DNA from: Pseudomonadota bacterium
GTDB taxonomy: Bacteria; Bdellovibrionota_G; JALEGL01; DATDPG01
Direction: 5' to 3'
Length of the DNA: 64,000 nt
Assembly (NCBI GenBank): GCA_043809315.1
Contig: JAZDDX010000020.1
Location: forward strand, 1 to 64,000
Of the stretch, positions 28,032-37,430 are shown piece by piece. The notes beneath the pieces were generated by a model that was not told the DNA's origin, searched no databases, and saw only the letters and a list, made by a program, of their open reading frames with translations. The translations under genes and the position numbers were made by a program. Position 1 is the stretch's first letter. Every line of letters starts with the position of its first letter.

Positions 28032-29192
28032 ATGAAGATGAAAAAACCGGTTTGGTTCGCTCTGTCCCTGTTTGCGTGTGTTCTTCCAACGGGTCTCCTG
28101 GCCGAAGAAACGAACCTGAAATTCGTTTCCAGCAAATTGGAGGCGAAAATCTATGGGTATTTGAAGGTCGACGCGATTTTCGACGATTCGCAGATCTATC
28201 CCGGCAATATCGCGTTATTCGTCAAGAGCCCGACGACCGGAAGCGCCAACCAGTTCAATTTGACGGCAAACCAGACCCGCCTCGGACTTTCGATCAAAGG
28301 GCCGGCGGATCTCCCCCCTCTCGTCAGCGGAACCATCGAGATGGATTTCTACGGGGGCGGGGCCGAGAACATGCCGAATCCGAGACTCTACAAGGGTTAC
28401 GTCGAACTCAAATGGCCTTCCTTCTTGATCTTGGCCGGCCAGGACTGGGATACGTTTTCCCTCCTCTACCCCACCTGTCTGAACTTCGGGTACCTCGGGA
28501 CCGCGGGAGGTCTCCAATACCGAAGGCCTCAACTGCGTGCCATCAAGTCATTCCCGATATCCGCCGGCTCGAAAGTGTCGTTTGCGGCTGCGATCGCCAA
28601 GACAATTCCTTCCAGTCTGGGCGCTGCGGGAACGAGCCGTGAAGCAGGGTGGCCGACGTTGGAAGGAAGGTTGGCGTATGAAAACAAAATCTTCGAGAAT
28701 CTCCCGCTGACGCTCGCGTACTCCGGGCACTTCGGACAGGAACGGGTACGATGGAATCAGGCCCCCGGCGACATCAACTACGCTTCCTGGTCGATGAACG
28801 GCGAACTGCTCGTTCCTCTTGGGACACGTGCGTACTTCAAGGGGGAAGGTTTCTTGGGGTCGAATCTCGACGCTTACTACGGCGGCATCCTCCAAGGGAT
28901 CAACGCGGTCACCGGGCACACCATCAAAGCGATGGGCGGCTGGGGAGAGCTGACGTTCCTCTCCACGGAGAAACTCACATTTCACCTTGGAGCAGGCGTT
29001 GATCATCCGTTTCGGGACAATCTCAACGACGGGGATCGGTCGCAGAACCTCGCTGTCTTCGGAAATGTCTACTACGATTTCCTGAGCTACCTCACGCTCG
29101 CGTTCGAGTACTCCCACTATCGGACTTTCTACAAGAATGGTCCGCACGGCGACGACAACCGTTTCCATACCGCCATGATCCTAAACTTCTGA
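28032..29192 (+). CDS. Outer-membrane porin, DcaP-like
   Basis: Signal peptide, IYGYLKVDAIFD, TRLG, EMDFYG, LAGQDWDTF, RRPQLR, C-terminal Phe. Start moved to the ATG after GGAG. Confidence 0.75.
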   Translation: MKMKKPVWFALSLFACVLPTGLLAEETNLKFVSSKLEAKIYGYLKVDAIFDDSQIYPGNIALFVKSPTTGSANQFNLTANQTRLGLSIKGPADLPPLVSGTIEMDFYGGGAENMPNPRLYKGYVELKWPSFLILAGQDWDTFSLLYPTCLNFGYLGTAGGLQYRRPQLRAIKSFPISAGSKVSFAAAIAKTIPSSLGAAGTSREAGWPTLEGRLAYENKIFENLPLTLAYSGHFGQERVRWNQAPGDINYASWSMNGELLVPLGTRAYFKGEGFLGSNLDAYYGGILQGINAVTGHTIKAMGGWGELTFLSTEKLTFHLGAGVDHPFRDNLNDGDRSQNLAVFGNVYYDFLSYLTLAFEYSHYRTFYKNGPHGDDNRFHTAMILNF

Positions 29193-29627
29193 GAGGATAC
29201 GACGAACGTACTCATCCAAGCGCTGTTGGATGGTTTTCGAGAGGTCCCCTACCCCGATATTTTCCGGCTCGATTCCTAAGATCACGATCTCCGGGATGCG
29301 ATAGCCGAGCTCTTTCGCCAGTTGGATCACTTTCAGAACATCCCCCTCGTGTGTGGAGATCCCATCCAGGCTTTTTTGTGTCGTGACGTCATCCGGATGG
29401 AAAAGAAAATGCTCCCCCGGCTTCTTTCCCGCCCGAACGGCATCGACGATTATGATCATTCCGGTGTCATCCCGGAAGTAGTCGATGAGATTGAGCCCGC
29501 TGTCGGGGAGAAGAACCGCCTCGAAATCGCGATCGAGATTGCGACGAACGACCTCCTCGACGACCCGGAGGCCGATCGAGTCGTCCCCCATCGTCCAGTT
29601 CCCGAGGCCGACAAGATATCGCTTCAC
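29181..29627 (-). CDS. Hydrogenase maturation protease for the group 3b enzyme
   Basis: GLGNWTMGDDSIG, IIVDAV, STHE, LGIEP; GTGA overlap with hydA. Confidence 0.9.
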   Translation of the reverse strand: MKRYLVGLGNWTMGDDSIGLRVVEEVVRRNLDRDFEAVLLPDSGLNLIDYFRDDTGMIIIVDAVRAGKKPGEHFLFHPDDVTTQKSLDGISTHEGDVLKVIQLAKELGYRIPEIVILGIEPENIGVGDLSKTIQQRLDEYVRRILSEV

Positions 29628-30943
29628 CGGACGAACGTGACATCCAGGTAATGCGTCGAGCAAGAGATGCAGGGATCGTACGCCCGGACCAGCATTTCGA
29701 GGGCCAGCTCCATCTCCTTCTCCTCGTTCTTCTGAGCGATCAGCTCCGGTACAAGCTTGTCGAAATCCCGCTGAATGTTCGCGTGGTTCTGGTTCGTCGG
29801 GATGATGCAGTCCCCCCCCTGACACATGCAGTCCTTGTCGTAGACATAGCTGTGGAAGAGGATCCCGCGCGGAACCTCGACCGCCCCGAACCCTTCTCCG
29901 TGCCGGGTCGGTTTCTTCGGCTCCTCTTCGACGATCCCCTTCGTCAACAGCTCCTCCAGGAGACAGAGCGTCTCGTGCACCGAGTGAACCGCTTCAACGA
30001 CCTGGGCGGCGGTGTTCAGGTACGGGTTGAAAACCGGCGGCTTCATTCCCAGAGCCTTCGCCACCATCTGCGCTTCCGGACGTAGCTGTTCGTAGTTGTT
30101 GTTGAACCGCGCCAAAGCTCCGGCCATGTAGCTGTCCAATTTGTTCTTCGTGTACTTCGCCGTCGACTGCGGAACGACATATTCGTTCGTACATTCCCGG
30201 TAGTCTTTCACCGGCCACTGCCCCTTGCTGCCATCCGGCAGGACGGTCTGGATCAGACCGTCGTACAGCCCGTACTCCACCTCACTGTGCAAAGCCATGT
30301 ACTCCGTCTCCCGGACGAATGCCGGGAACTTGTCTTTGAGACTCAGAACGAGGTCGAGAACCGCGTCGACATCCGGCAAGCACTCCTTGAGGAACCGATC
30401 TTTGAGATTCTTCAGTTCCTTGTTCGTCGAAAGGGAGGCGAACCCCCCCGGGACCGCTTTCGTCGGGTGCGTCGTCCGGCCGCCAATCAGGGAACCCCAC
30501 TCGTGGGCGAACCGTTTCAGGCGCAGGGCGGTCTTCACCACTTCGGCATGCGCCGGAATCATCTTGAAGACGGAGGCCTGGCCGACCAGATCCGGGGACG
30601 CCAAGAAAAGAGAGTGAAGGATGTGCGAATCGAAGTTCTCGGCATGTTTCAGGATCTGGCGGAGCTTGAAAGTCTGCTCGCTCACCTGGATCCCGAGCGC
30701 GTCTTCGGTCGCTTTGAGCGACGCCAGCGTGTGTCCGATCGAGCAGATCCCGCAGATCCGGCTGGTGATCCGCGCCACCTCGCTATAGTGCCGTCCGCGG
30801 ACCATCGCTTCGAAGAAGCGGGGGGCTTCCGGAACCTGCCACTCGCATTTCTCCACACGCCCGCTTTTCACGTTGACGACGATGTTCCCGTGCCCCTCGA
30901 CCCTGGTGAGGTGGTGAACATGGATGTCGGCATTCCGGATCAT
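29624..30943 (-). CDS. hydA: Group 3b [NiFe]-hydrogenase (sulfhydrogenase-type) alpha subunit
   Basis: TRVEGH, EAPRFFE, L1 RICGICSIGH, EVPRG, L2 YDPCISCSTH plus a short tail. Confidence 0.93.
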   Translation of the reverse strand: MIRNADIHVHHLTRVEGHGNIVVNVKSGRVEKCEWQVPEAPRFFEAMVRGRHYSEVARITSRICGICSIGHTLASLKATEDALGIQVSEQTFKLRQILKHAENFDSHILHSLFLASPDLVGQASVFKMIPAHAEVVKTALRLKRFAHEWGSLIGGRTTHPTKAVPGGFASLSTNKELKNLKDRFLKECLPDVDAVLDLVLSLKDKFPAFVRETEYMALHSEVEYGLYDGLIQTVLPDGSKGQWPVKDYRECTNEYVVPQSTAKYTKNKLDSYMAGALARFNNNYEQLRPEAQMVAKALGMKPPVFNPYLNTAAQVVEAVHSVHETLCLLEELLTKGIVEEEPKKPTRHGEGFGAVEVPRGILFHSYVYDKDCMCQGGDCIIPTNQNHANIQRDFDKLVPELIAQKNEEKEMELALEMLVRAYDPCISCSTHYLDVTFVR

Positions 30944-31701
30944 TGAGAATCTCCCCTCTGGGCGGCGTTGAACATCCGGGAGCGGTTCTCGGCCCGCTCT
31001 TTCGACAACCCCCCTTTTTCGATCAGAACCTGGATCAGCGAATCGTGATTCGGCTCATCGATGAACCCCCGGCATGCTTCGCACGGGATCCCGTCCGCGG
31101 GACAAGGTGCCCCGCACCCGGCGCGCGCCATGAGCCCGAGACAATGGTCGCCGGCGTGATATCGGCAGACCGTCTCCTTCATCTTGCATTCGACGCAGAC
31201 CGGATGATTCGGGATCACCGGATCTTTCCCATGCAGCAACGACGAGAGGATGTAGACCAACTCGTTCGTGTCGATCGGGCAACCGTTCACGAAATAATCG
31301 ACCGGGATCACCGACGAGATCGGCTGAGCCTTCTGGCTGTCGAGGTGCGGGAGCTCCGCGTCTTTGCCGTACACAAACTTTTTGTAATCTCCCCGGTGGT
31401 TCTTGAGGGCATTGATCCCGGCGGTCGTCGCGCAGGCCCCGTACGCGATCACGATCTTTGCCCGTTTCCGGATCTCCTCGATCCGGGGCCGATCCGACTC
31501 CCGCGTGAAGCTTCCCTCGATCAGGGCGATGTCGAGCGGCTCCGTCGTCTTGTCGGTCGTCACCTCACGCATCTCGACGATCTCGATGTGGTCCAGCAGG
31601 CCGAGCATGACGTCCGGACCGACGTTCGTCAGCTCGATCTGACACCCCTCGCAGCAGGCGAAATCGAAGATCCCGACCCTCGCTCTTTGCTTCCCGCTCA
31701 T
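30940..31701 (-). CDS. hydD: Group 3b hydrogenase delta (small) subunit
   Basis: ACCEGC, YGACA, GCP, VCVEC, CLG...GCGAPCP...CEACRG. Confidence 0.92.
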   Translation of the reverse strand: MSGKQRARVGIFDFACCEGCQIELTNVGPDVMLGLLDHIEIVEMREVTTDKTTEPLDIALIEGSFTRESDRPRIEEIRKRAKIVIAYGACATTAGINALKNHRGDYKKFVYGKDAELPHLDSQKAQPISSVIPVDYFVNGCPIDTNELVYILSSLLHGKDPVIPNHPVCVECKMKETVCRYHAGDHCLGLMARAGCGAPCPADGIPCEACRGFIDEPNHDSLIQVLIEKGGLSKERAENRSRMFNAAQRGDSQ

Positions 31702-32525
31702 GAGAACACCTCCTCGAGTCCTTCGATCTCATCAAAGCTGAAGACCGGTCCGTCCAGACAGCAGTACTTGTCGTTGATCTGGCAGTGGCCGCACTTCCCG
31801 ATCCCGCACTTCATCCGGCGTTCCAGGTCGACGTAGACGTGGTTACGGGGGATTCCGATCGCGTCGAGTTCCTTGATCACGAATTTGTACATGATCGGCG
31901 GGCCGCAGATGACGACCCGGCTGTCCGGATCGACTTTCGTTTTCCTGAAGAGGGTCGTGATGACCCCGACGTTCCCTTTCCAATCGGCGTCCGGCCGATC
32001 GACCGTCTCGTAATAGTCGACGTCGTCCGACTTCCGCCAGACCGCCAGATCTTCTAGGAACAGCTGCTCCGCCGGACTCTTGGCCCCGAAGAAGAGCTTG
32101 AACTCCTTGAACTGACTTCGCCGGTCCAAGACGTACTGGATCAGGCTCCGGGTCGGACACAACCCGATCCCCCCCGCGACGATCAGGATGGGGTGATGAT
32201 GAAGTTTCGCGGTGTTGAACCCCCTCCCGAGCGGCCCCCGGACCGTCAGTCGATCCTGCTTCCCTTTGGAGTTGATCGCTTTCGAGACGCGGCCGACCGA
32301 TCGTACCACGGCGTCGAACGTGTTCTTGCGCGTCGGCGAGGAAGCGAATCCGATCGGGATTTCGCCGTAGCCGTACACCCCGAGCTCCATGATCTGTCCC
32401 GGCACGAACTTCATCCCCTTGCCATCCGCCATCTGGAGCGTGAAATGCTTTTCCGTCGGCGTGATCTGTTCCGCCCGGACGATTTCCGCTTCGCGCGGCA
32501 GGAAGACGTTCTCGTGTTCGGTCAT
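31698..32525 (-). CDS. hydG: Group 3b hydrogenase gamma subunit (FAD/NAD(P)-binding)
   Basis: PGQ, GEIP, RGPLG, GGIG, CGPPIM, LERRMKCGIGKCGHC...DGPVF. Start moved to the ATGA overlap. Confidence 0.9.
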   Translation of the reverse strand: MTEHENVFLPREAEIVRAEQITPTEKHFTLQMADGKGMKFVPGQIMELGVYGYGEIPIGFASSPTRKNTFDAVVRSVGRVSKAINSKGKQDRLTVRGPLGRGFNTAKLHHHPILIVAGGIGLCPTRSLIQYVLDRRSQFKEFKLFFGAKSPAEQLFLEDLAVWRKSDDVDYYETVDRPDADWKGNVGVITTLFRKTKVDPDSRVVICGPPIMYKFVIKELDAIGIPRNHVYVDLERRMKCGIGKCGHCQINDKYCCLDGPVFSFDEIEGLEEVFS

Positions 32526-33556
32526 TTCGAAACCTCCAGAAACCGTTCGATGATCTTCACGGGATCGGCGATATCGGGGACACACCCCGCCGAGCAGCGT
32601 CCACATCCGACGCAGGCAGGTCCTCCGAGGGTCGTATTGAGATACGTCGACTTCCGCATCATCCGATGCCGGTACCGTTCGAAGATGTCGTGGCGGAAGT
32701 TCTCCGAACTGCCGCCGCCGAGGGATACCTTCGCGAAATCGTGAAGCTGGCAGCCATCCCAGGTGCGGTACCGGTAGCCGCTCACTTGATCGAGATTCCA
32801 GGTGTCTTCGACGTTGAAGCAATAGCAGGTCGGACAGACGATGTTGCAGGTCCCGCACGAAAAGCAGGTCTTCGAAAGATCGTTCCAGACCTCTTCCTTT
32901 CCGAACGCCCCCCGCATCTTCTGGGCGATCGTCTCCGAATCCCATTTCAACTTTTCCGGGCACTTTTCCAGGACCGCGGCGTTGACCGCTGCGGCGTCCT
33001 TCCCCTGCCCTGCATCGGCCGGGGAAAACTTCCCGAAACGGACGATCTCTTCCCCCTTCTTCGTGAAGGTCTCAAAATGATATCCGCCATGGATTTTCGT
33101 GAGAAACGCGTCGTGCCCTTTCGGCTTCACGTTCTTCCCCACGCTCGCGAAGAAAGCGCGCTTCGACACCTTCTGGACGTTCGACGCGATGACCGTCGTC
33201 CCCTTCCGGTTCGCCAGGTAGTTGTGGTCCGGGTGATTCTGCTCGAAGAGGTGATCGAGTTGGTCGATCCCTTTGACGTCGTAAAAATGGACCCCGAGAA
33301 GGACCTGTTCCTTCGGAGCGATACAACTCCGTCCTCCCTTGTCGGTGAACTCCACCAGCTTCTGTTTCACCGGAAAGAACGCTTTTTTGGGTGGAAGAAT
33401 CGTGACGTCGTAGTCGAGACGGAGATCCGCCGGCGTCTCGAGAACGTCGAACACGAACTGCTGCTTCTTCCGGACCGGCCCGATCACCCTCCGGTCGGCC
33501 ATCAGGTGGGAGACAAACGTCTGAAAATCCGTTTCCTTAATAAAGAATTCGCTCAT
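32522..33556 (-). CDS. hydB: Group 3b hydrogenase beta subunit (4Fe-4S)
   Basis: TILPPKK, CFSCGTCNIVCPTCYCF, WDGC, RYRHR, CVGCGRCSAGC. Confidence 0.9.
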   Translation of the reverse strand: MSEFFIKETDFQTFVSHLMADRRVIGPVRKKQQFVFDVLETPADLRLDYDVTILPPKKAFFPVKQKLVEFTDKGGRSCIAPKEQVLLGVHFYDVKGIDQLDHLFEQNHPDHNYLANRKGTTVIASNVQKVSKRAFFASVGKNVKPKGHDAFLTKIHGGYHFETFTKKGEEIVRFGKFSPADAGQGKDAAAVNAAVLEKCPEKLKWDSETIAQKMRGAFGKEEVWNDLSKTCFSCGTCNIVCPTCYCFNVEDTWNLDQVSGYRYRTWDGCQLHDFAKVSLGGGSSENFRHDIFERYRHRMMRKSTYLNTTLGGPACVGCGRCSAGCVPDIADPVKIIERFLEVSK

Positions 33557-33587
33557 CGGACCCCATTGAAAGCTACCCTCCTCCAAT

Positions 33588-33609
33588 GAATATGACGCAG
33601 GTCATATTC
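33588..33609. promoter_or_regulatory. Perfect palindromic regulator site between divergent hydBGDA and hypAB
   Basis: GAATATGAC-GCAG-GTCATATTC with 9-bp arms and CRP/FNR geometry; centre lies 31.5 bp before TATCCT (33630-35). Confidence 0.7.
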
Positions 33610-33643
33610 CCCAACGACGCGAAGAGGTTTATCCTCCGCCACC

Positions 33644-33994
33644 GTGCACGAGATGGTAATCGCGCAGAATGTCGTCAAGATCGTCGAGGACGAGGTCGGG
33701 TCGAGGAAGCTCCGCGGCAAGGTGGAGAGGGTGTTGTTCCGGGCCGGGAAAATGAATGCGGTGATCCCCGAGATCCTCCGGTTCAACTTCGACGTCCTGA
33801 AGAAAGATCATCCGATCCTCTCCGAGGCGAATCTCGAGATCTCGGAGATCCCGATCCAGGTCCGGTGCGATGCATGCGGGAAAAAAGGGATTCTGGATGA
33901 ACCGTTCTTCCTTTGCCTCGAGTGCGGCTCCCCCGTGACCGTGGAAACGGGGCAGGAGATGTTCGTCGAACGGATCACGTTCAAGGAGGAGTGA
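33644..33994 (+). CDS. hypA: Hydrogenase nickel chaperone HypA
   Basis: MHE N-terminus, CDAC...CLEC zinc site, GQEM. Confidence 0.93.
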   Translation: MHEMVIAQNVVKIVEDEVGSRKLRGKVERVLFRAGKMNAVIPEILRFNFDVLKKDHPILSEANLEISEIPIQVRCDACGKKGILDEPFFLCLECGSPVTVETGQEMFVERITFKEE

Positions 33995-33995
33995 G

Positions 33996-34661
33996 ATGGA
34001 GATTCAGATCGTACGGAACGTTCTGGCGGAAAACGAGAACCTCGCGGCCGAGGTCCGAAAAGGGTTGCGGCAGAGGAATCAAACAATGCTCAACTTCATG
34101 AGCGCCCCTGGCGCGGGAAAGACGTTACTGCTGGAGAAACTGATCCCGGCGATCCAGAAGAAAGGGCTCACGGTCGGCGTCATCGAAGGGGACATCACGA
34201 CGCTTCGGGACGCGGAACGGATCCAGCCTCTCGGGGTTCCGGTCGCGCAGATCAACACCGAGTTCTGGGGAGGGGACTGCCATCTCGCCGCGAACGTGAT
34301 CCTGGGGGCGCTGGAGATCCTGAACCGTCAGAAGCTCGACATTATCTTGATCGAGAACGTCGGGAACCTCGTCTGCCCCGCTGAATTCGACACCGGCGCC
34401 GATGTGAACGTCGTGGTTTCGAGCGTGACCGAAGGGGAGGACAAGCCTCTCAAGTACCCGCTCATGTTCCGTAAATCGCACGTGGCGTTGATCAACAAGA
34501 TCGATCTGGCCAAGGCAGTCGAAGCCGACATCCCCCTGCTCGAAAAGAACATGAAGCAGGTGAATCCGACACTTCAGATACTCAAAACGTCGGGAAAGAC
34601 CGGCGAAGGGATCGACGCGCTGGCTGAGCTAATCGGGTCCAGGCGTGTGTCCCCGAATTAG
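33996..34661 (+). CDS. hypB: Hydrogenase nickel-insertion GTPase HypB
   Basis: SAPGAGKT, EGD, CHL, ENVGNLVCPA, EGEDKPLKYP, NKID. Confidence 0.96.
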   Translation: MEIQIVRNVLAENENLAAEVRKGLRQRNQTMLNFMSAPGAGKTLLLEKLIPAIQKKGLTVGVIEGDITTLRDAERIQPLGVPVAQINTEFWGGDCHLAANVILGALEILNRQKLDIILIENVGNLVCPAEFDTGADVNVVVSSVTEGEDKPLKYPLMFRKSHVALINKIDLAKAVEADIPLLEKNMKQVNPTLQILKTSGKTGEGIDALAELIGSRRVSPN

Positions 34662-34954
34662 CAGCAGGCCTTGCCTTCTTCCTTGCCGCAGCAGCACTTC
34701 TTCACGACGCAATTGTAGAGCAACGCGAAAAGCGCTCCGCAGATCGCGCCGTCGGCCAGCGAGTATAGGACGCCGATGATCAGGTTCTTGAGTCCGTACG
34801 CCGCGATGAAGCCGGGATAGATCGACTGCAACGTCTTGAGGTACCACAAGCCGTAATCCGGGTGAAAACGGTTTACGAGGCCGACGATCAACGTCGCCCC
34901 TCCCCAGAGAATCGCCGCCGCCATCGCCATTCCGCAAACGCAGAGTTTGTTCAT
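34658..34954 (-). CDS. Small membrane protein with a Cys-rich tail (resembles a family often labelled holin-like)
   Basis: ILWG...YG...SIYPG...IIG..Y...DG...G.LFA.LYN with two hydrophobic segments; ends KKCCCGKEEGKACC; ATGA-coupled to the preceding gene. Confidence 0.7.
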   Translation of the reverse strand: MNKLCVCGMAMAAAILWGGATLIVGLVNRFHPDYGLWYLKTLQSIYPGFIAAYGLKNLIIGVLYSLADGAICGALFALLYNCVVKKCCCGKEEGKACC

Positions 34955-36285
34955 TTGAGGTTCTCCTTTCCGAACACTTTCTCAAACACCCCTTCGGCGT
35001 CCTTCCGTGCCCCCTCCGGGAGCCTCGTGAACGCCGCGGTCCACGCTTCCTTCGACCACCACCCCTTCCGGCCGATCTCTTCGATCAACGCGCCGAGAGC
35101 CGCATTCTTCGGACCGAACCGTTTCCGGAACTCCTTCCTCGTTTCCGAAGCCGCCGTCAATGGCGGAAGAGAGGAGTCGACGACGAGTTCCTGAAAAGAG
35201 TTGCCGTCCTGGAAGAGACCGCGCGACCCCAGTTCCTTCAACCCTTCGGGAGCCACCGCCAAGACGAGATCGGGGTTTCGCGTCCCGAGATAGGCGATCG
35301 GCTCGGGAGCGATCGTGATCTCGGAGATGGAAAAACCGGTCCCCTGAGTCACCGGATTGTCCGCCCGGAGCGTTACGTAGAGCCCTGCCGCTGCGGCGGC
35401 CCATCCGACGATCGTTGCGGCGGTTTGCACATGCTCCCCCGCCTTCCCGGCGATGACGACCTGTGCCCGGCTCCCGAGATTCCCCCACGTCGGGTTCGGC
35501 GACATCCCTTTCTCCGGATTCACCCGGTACGGCTTCGTTTCCGGAGCCCTCCGATAGACGTCGAAAAAAACCGGGCGTGAGCGGTCGTTCTTCACGACGC
35601 CGTACGATTTCCCGGTCCGTTCCGGGAGACTCTTCAGATCGGCAACCGTCACCCCACCCCGTTTCGTCGCGAAAACCGGGCAGAGTTCGTGGATTTCGAC
35701 GCAGGCAAACCCCGGGTGGTTGATCGCTTCCACGATGAACCCCGAAACGTCGTTCCCGGGGACCATCGTCCGGGCGTAGTACCCGACGCCGGCGCCGATC
35801 ATGATTGCGCCGAGATCGAGAGGGGGGATTGGGCTCCCCTCCGGCGTCGTCGTGGTTTTGAGCCCCTCCGGCGTCAGGACGGAGTGCTGCCCGCCGGTCA
35901 TTCCGTAGACAAGATTGTTGTGGATCAGAACCGTCACGTCTGCGTTCATCTGAGCGGCGGCAACGAAATGGAGAAGCCCGATCCCAGCCCCGCCGTCCCC
36001 GACCAGAACGATCGTCTTGAGCGGCTTCTTCTTCGGAACCACCCGATCCCCAAGATACAGGCCCGCGGCGACGGCGACCGATCGACCGTGCAACGTGTGA
36101 ACGGTGTGCATCGTCGGGAAGAGCGCGTCGGCCAGACCGACGCACCCGATGTCGGTGACCAGCGAAACTTCGGTCGGATCGAGGGAGAGGGTTCGGAGCG
36201 CTTCATCGAGCGCGCGGAGAACGTGCGGGTGACCGCATCCGGGACAGTGAGGGAAGGCTTTCGTCGGATCGAGATACTCGGTCAA
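34951..36285 (-). CDS. 2-oxoacid:ferredoxin oxidoreductase beta subunit fused to a gamma-like domain
   Basis: HCPGCGH, DIGC, LHGR, GDG, NNLVYGMTGGQ, ELCP; the C-terminal half VVIAGKAGE...GTGFSISE...PDLVLA is gamma-like. Confidence 0.85.
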   Translation of the reverse strand: MTEYLDPTKAFPHCPGCGHPHVLRALDEALRTLSLDPTEVSLVTDIGCVGLADALFPTMHTVHTLHGRSVAVAAGLYLGDRVVPKKKPLKTIVLVGDGGAGIGLLHFVAAAQMNADVTVLIHNNLVYGMTGGQHSVLTPEGLKTTTTPEGSPIPPLDLGAIMIGAGVGYYARTMVPGNDVSGFIVEAINHPGFACVEIHELCPVFATKRGGVTVADLKSLPERTGKSYGVVKNDRSRPVFFDVYRRAPETKPYRVNPEKGMSPNPTWGNLGSRAQVVIAGKAGEHVQTAATIVGWAAAAAGLYVTLRADNPVTQGTGFSISEITIAPEPIAYLGTRNPDLVLAVAPEGLKELGSRGLFQDGNSFQELVVDSSLPPLTAASETRKEFRKRFGPKNAALGALIEEIGRKGWWSKEAWTAAFTRLPEGARKDAEGVFEKVFGKENLK

Positions 36286-37400
36286 GCAAGGACCGCCTTC
36301 CGGATCTCTTCCGGCGAGATCATCTCCCCGATCGTGTTCACACGGACCACATCGACCTTCCTAAGGAACGGTTCCAGCGCCTGGGCATACATCCCCTTGA
36401 GATTTTCCTCGACCACGACCACACGACGCACGCCGCTCAACGCAGATGCGAGGGCATTCACGGGAACCGGGAAGAGGGAGAGAACCTCCATCGAGTTGAG
36501 AGGTTTCCCTTCCCGACGCAGATCACGCACCACCTGCCGGCAGGTTCGCGCCGAAACGCCGAAACTCACGAGAAGTGTTTTCGCCCCCTCCCGTTTCTCC
36601 AACCGGACTCGCTCCAGCGACGGCACCGCCCCGACGATCTTCTGTTCGAGGTGTCTCAGTTGCCGGATCGTCTCGGGATCGTTCTTCCGAAGCTCGCCGG
36701 CTTGGTTGTGCGCCGATCCTGTGATGGTGGCCTTGAACTCCCCGCCGACCGGGGAAAAGAGCGGGACATCCTCCAACTTTCCGATTCCATACGGCAGGTA
36801 CTTCCCCTCTCCCGTGAACGATTTCCGGGGTGTGACCTCGATCGCCGGAAGAGCGTCGACGTCGATCGTTTCGACCGACATCCCGATCTCTTTGTCGGAG
36901 AGAACGACGACCGGAGTCCGGAGCTGCTCCGAAAGACGAAACGCCTCGGCCGTCAGTTCGTAACAATCCACCGCATCGACCGGCGCCAGAACCGGCACCG
37001 TGTATCCGCCCGACGTCGCGTGTTCGACGAGGAAGAGATCCCCCTGCCCTCCCTGCGTCGCCCCGCCCGTGGCCGGACCCAGCCGTTGCACCAATACGAC
37101 GACGAGGGGCGTTTCGGTCATGAGGGCGAACTGGAACGTCTCGATCATGAGGCACCAGCCGGGCCCCGACGTCGCCGTCATCGCCCGAGCTCCCGCCATC
37201 GACGCCCCCGCGACGTAATTGAGCGCGGTGATCTCGTCCGGCGTTCCAACCGCCACCCCTCCGTGTGCCGGAAGGAGCTTCATCATCTCCGAATAGATCT
37301 CCGAGGAGGGGGTGATCGGGTATCCCGCGAAGAAGCGACAGCCGGCGGCCATCGCACCCCAGGCGGCCATCCGGTTTCCCGAACAAAGCTCGAACTTCAC
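36282..37400 (-). CDS. 2-oxoacid:ferredoxin oxidoreductase alpha subunit (KorA-like; substrate unknown)
   Basis: SGN, FFAGYPITPSSE, DEI, TATSGPG, QRLGPATG, VEEN. Confidence 0.9.
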   Translation of the reverse strand: MKFELCSGNRMAAWGAMAAGCRFFAGYPITPSSEIYSEMMKLLPAHGGVAVGTPDEITALNYVAGASMAGARAMTATSGPGWCLMIETFQFALMTETPLVVVLVQRLGPATGGATQGGQGDLFLVEHATSGGYTVPVLAPVDAVDCYELTAEAFRLSEQLRTPVVVLSDKEIGMSVETIDVDALPAIEVTPRKSFTGEGKYLPYGIGKLEDVPLFSPVGGEFKATITGSAHNQAGELRKNDPETIRQLRHLEQKIVGAVPSLERVRLEKREGAKTLLVSFGVSARTCRQVVRDLRREGKPLNSMEVLSLFPVPVNALASALSGVRRVVVVEENLKGMYAQALEPFLRKVDVVRVNTIGEMISPEEIRKAVLA

Positions 37401-37430
37401 GCAGCTAAACTACGCCGGTCGGAACGATTC

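Noticed and set aside
13425-30943. Selenocysteine recoding in HdrA, MvhD or the hydrogenase large subunits
   Set aside because: The usual Sec positions are Cys codons and the reading frames are uninterrupted.
31698-33556. HydB/HydG and FlxB/FlxA read as anaerobic sulfite reductase AsrAB
   Set aside because: There is no siroheme AsrC gene; context with hydDA and hdrABC explains them.
33588-33609. NikR operator
   Set aside because: The half-sites resemble TATGA/TCATA, but the spacer is 6 bp rather than the ~16 bp of E. coli NikR sites; CRP/FNR geometry fits better.
34658-34954. Prophage, suggested by a holin-like protein
   Set aside because: No endolysin, structural or integrase genes; the gene is coupled to a metabolic operon.
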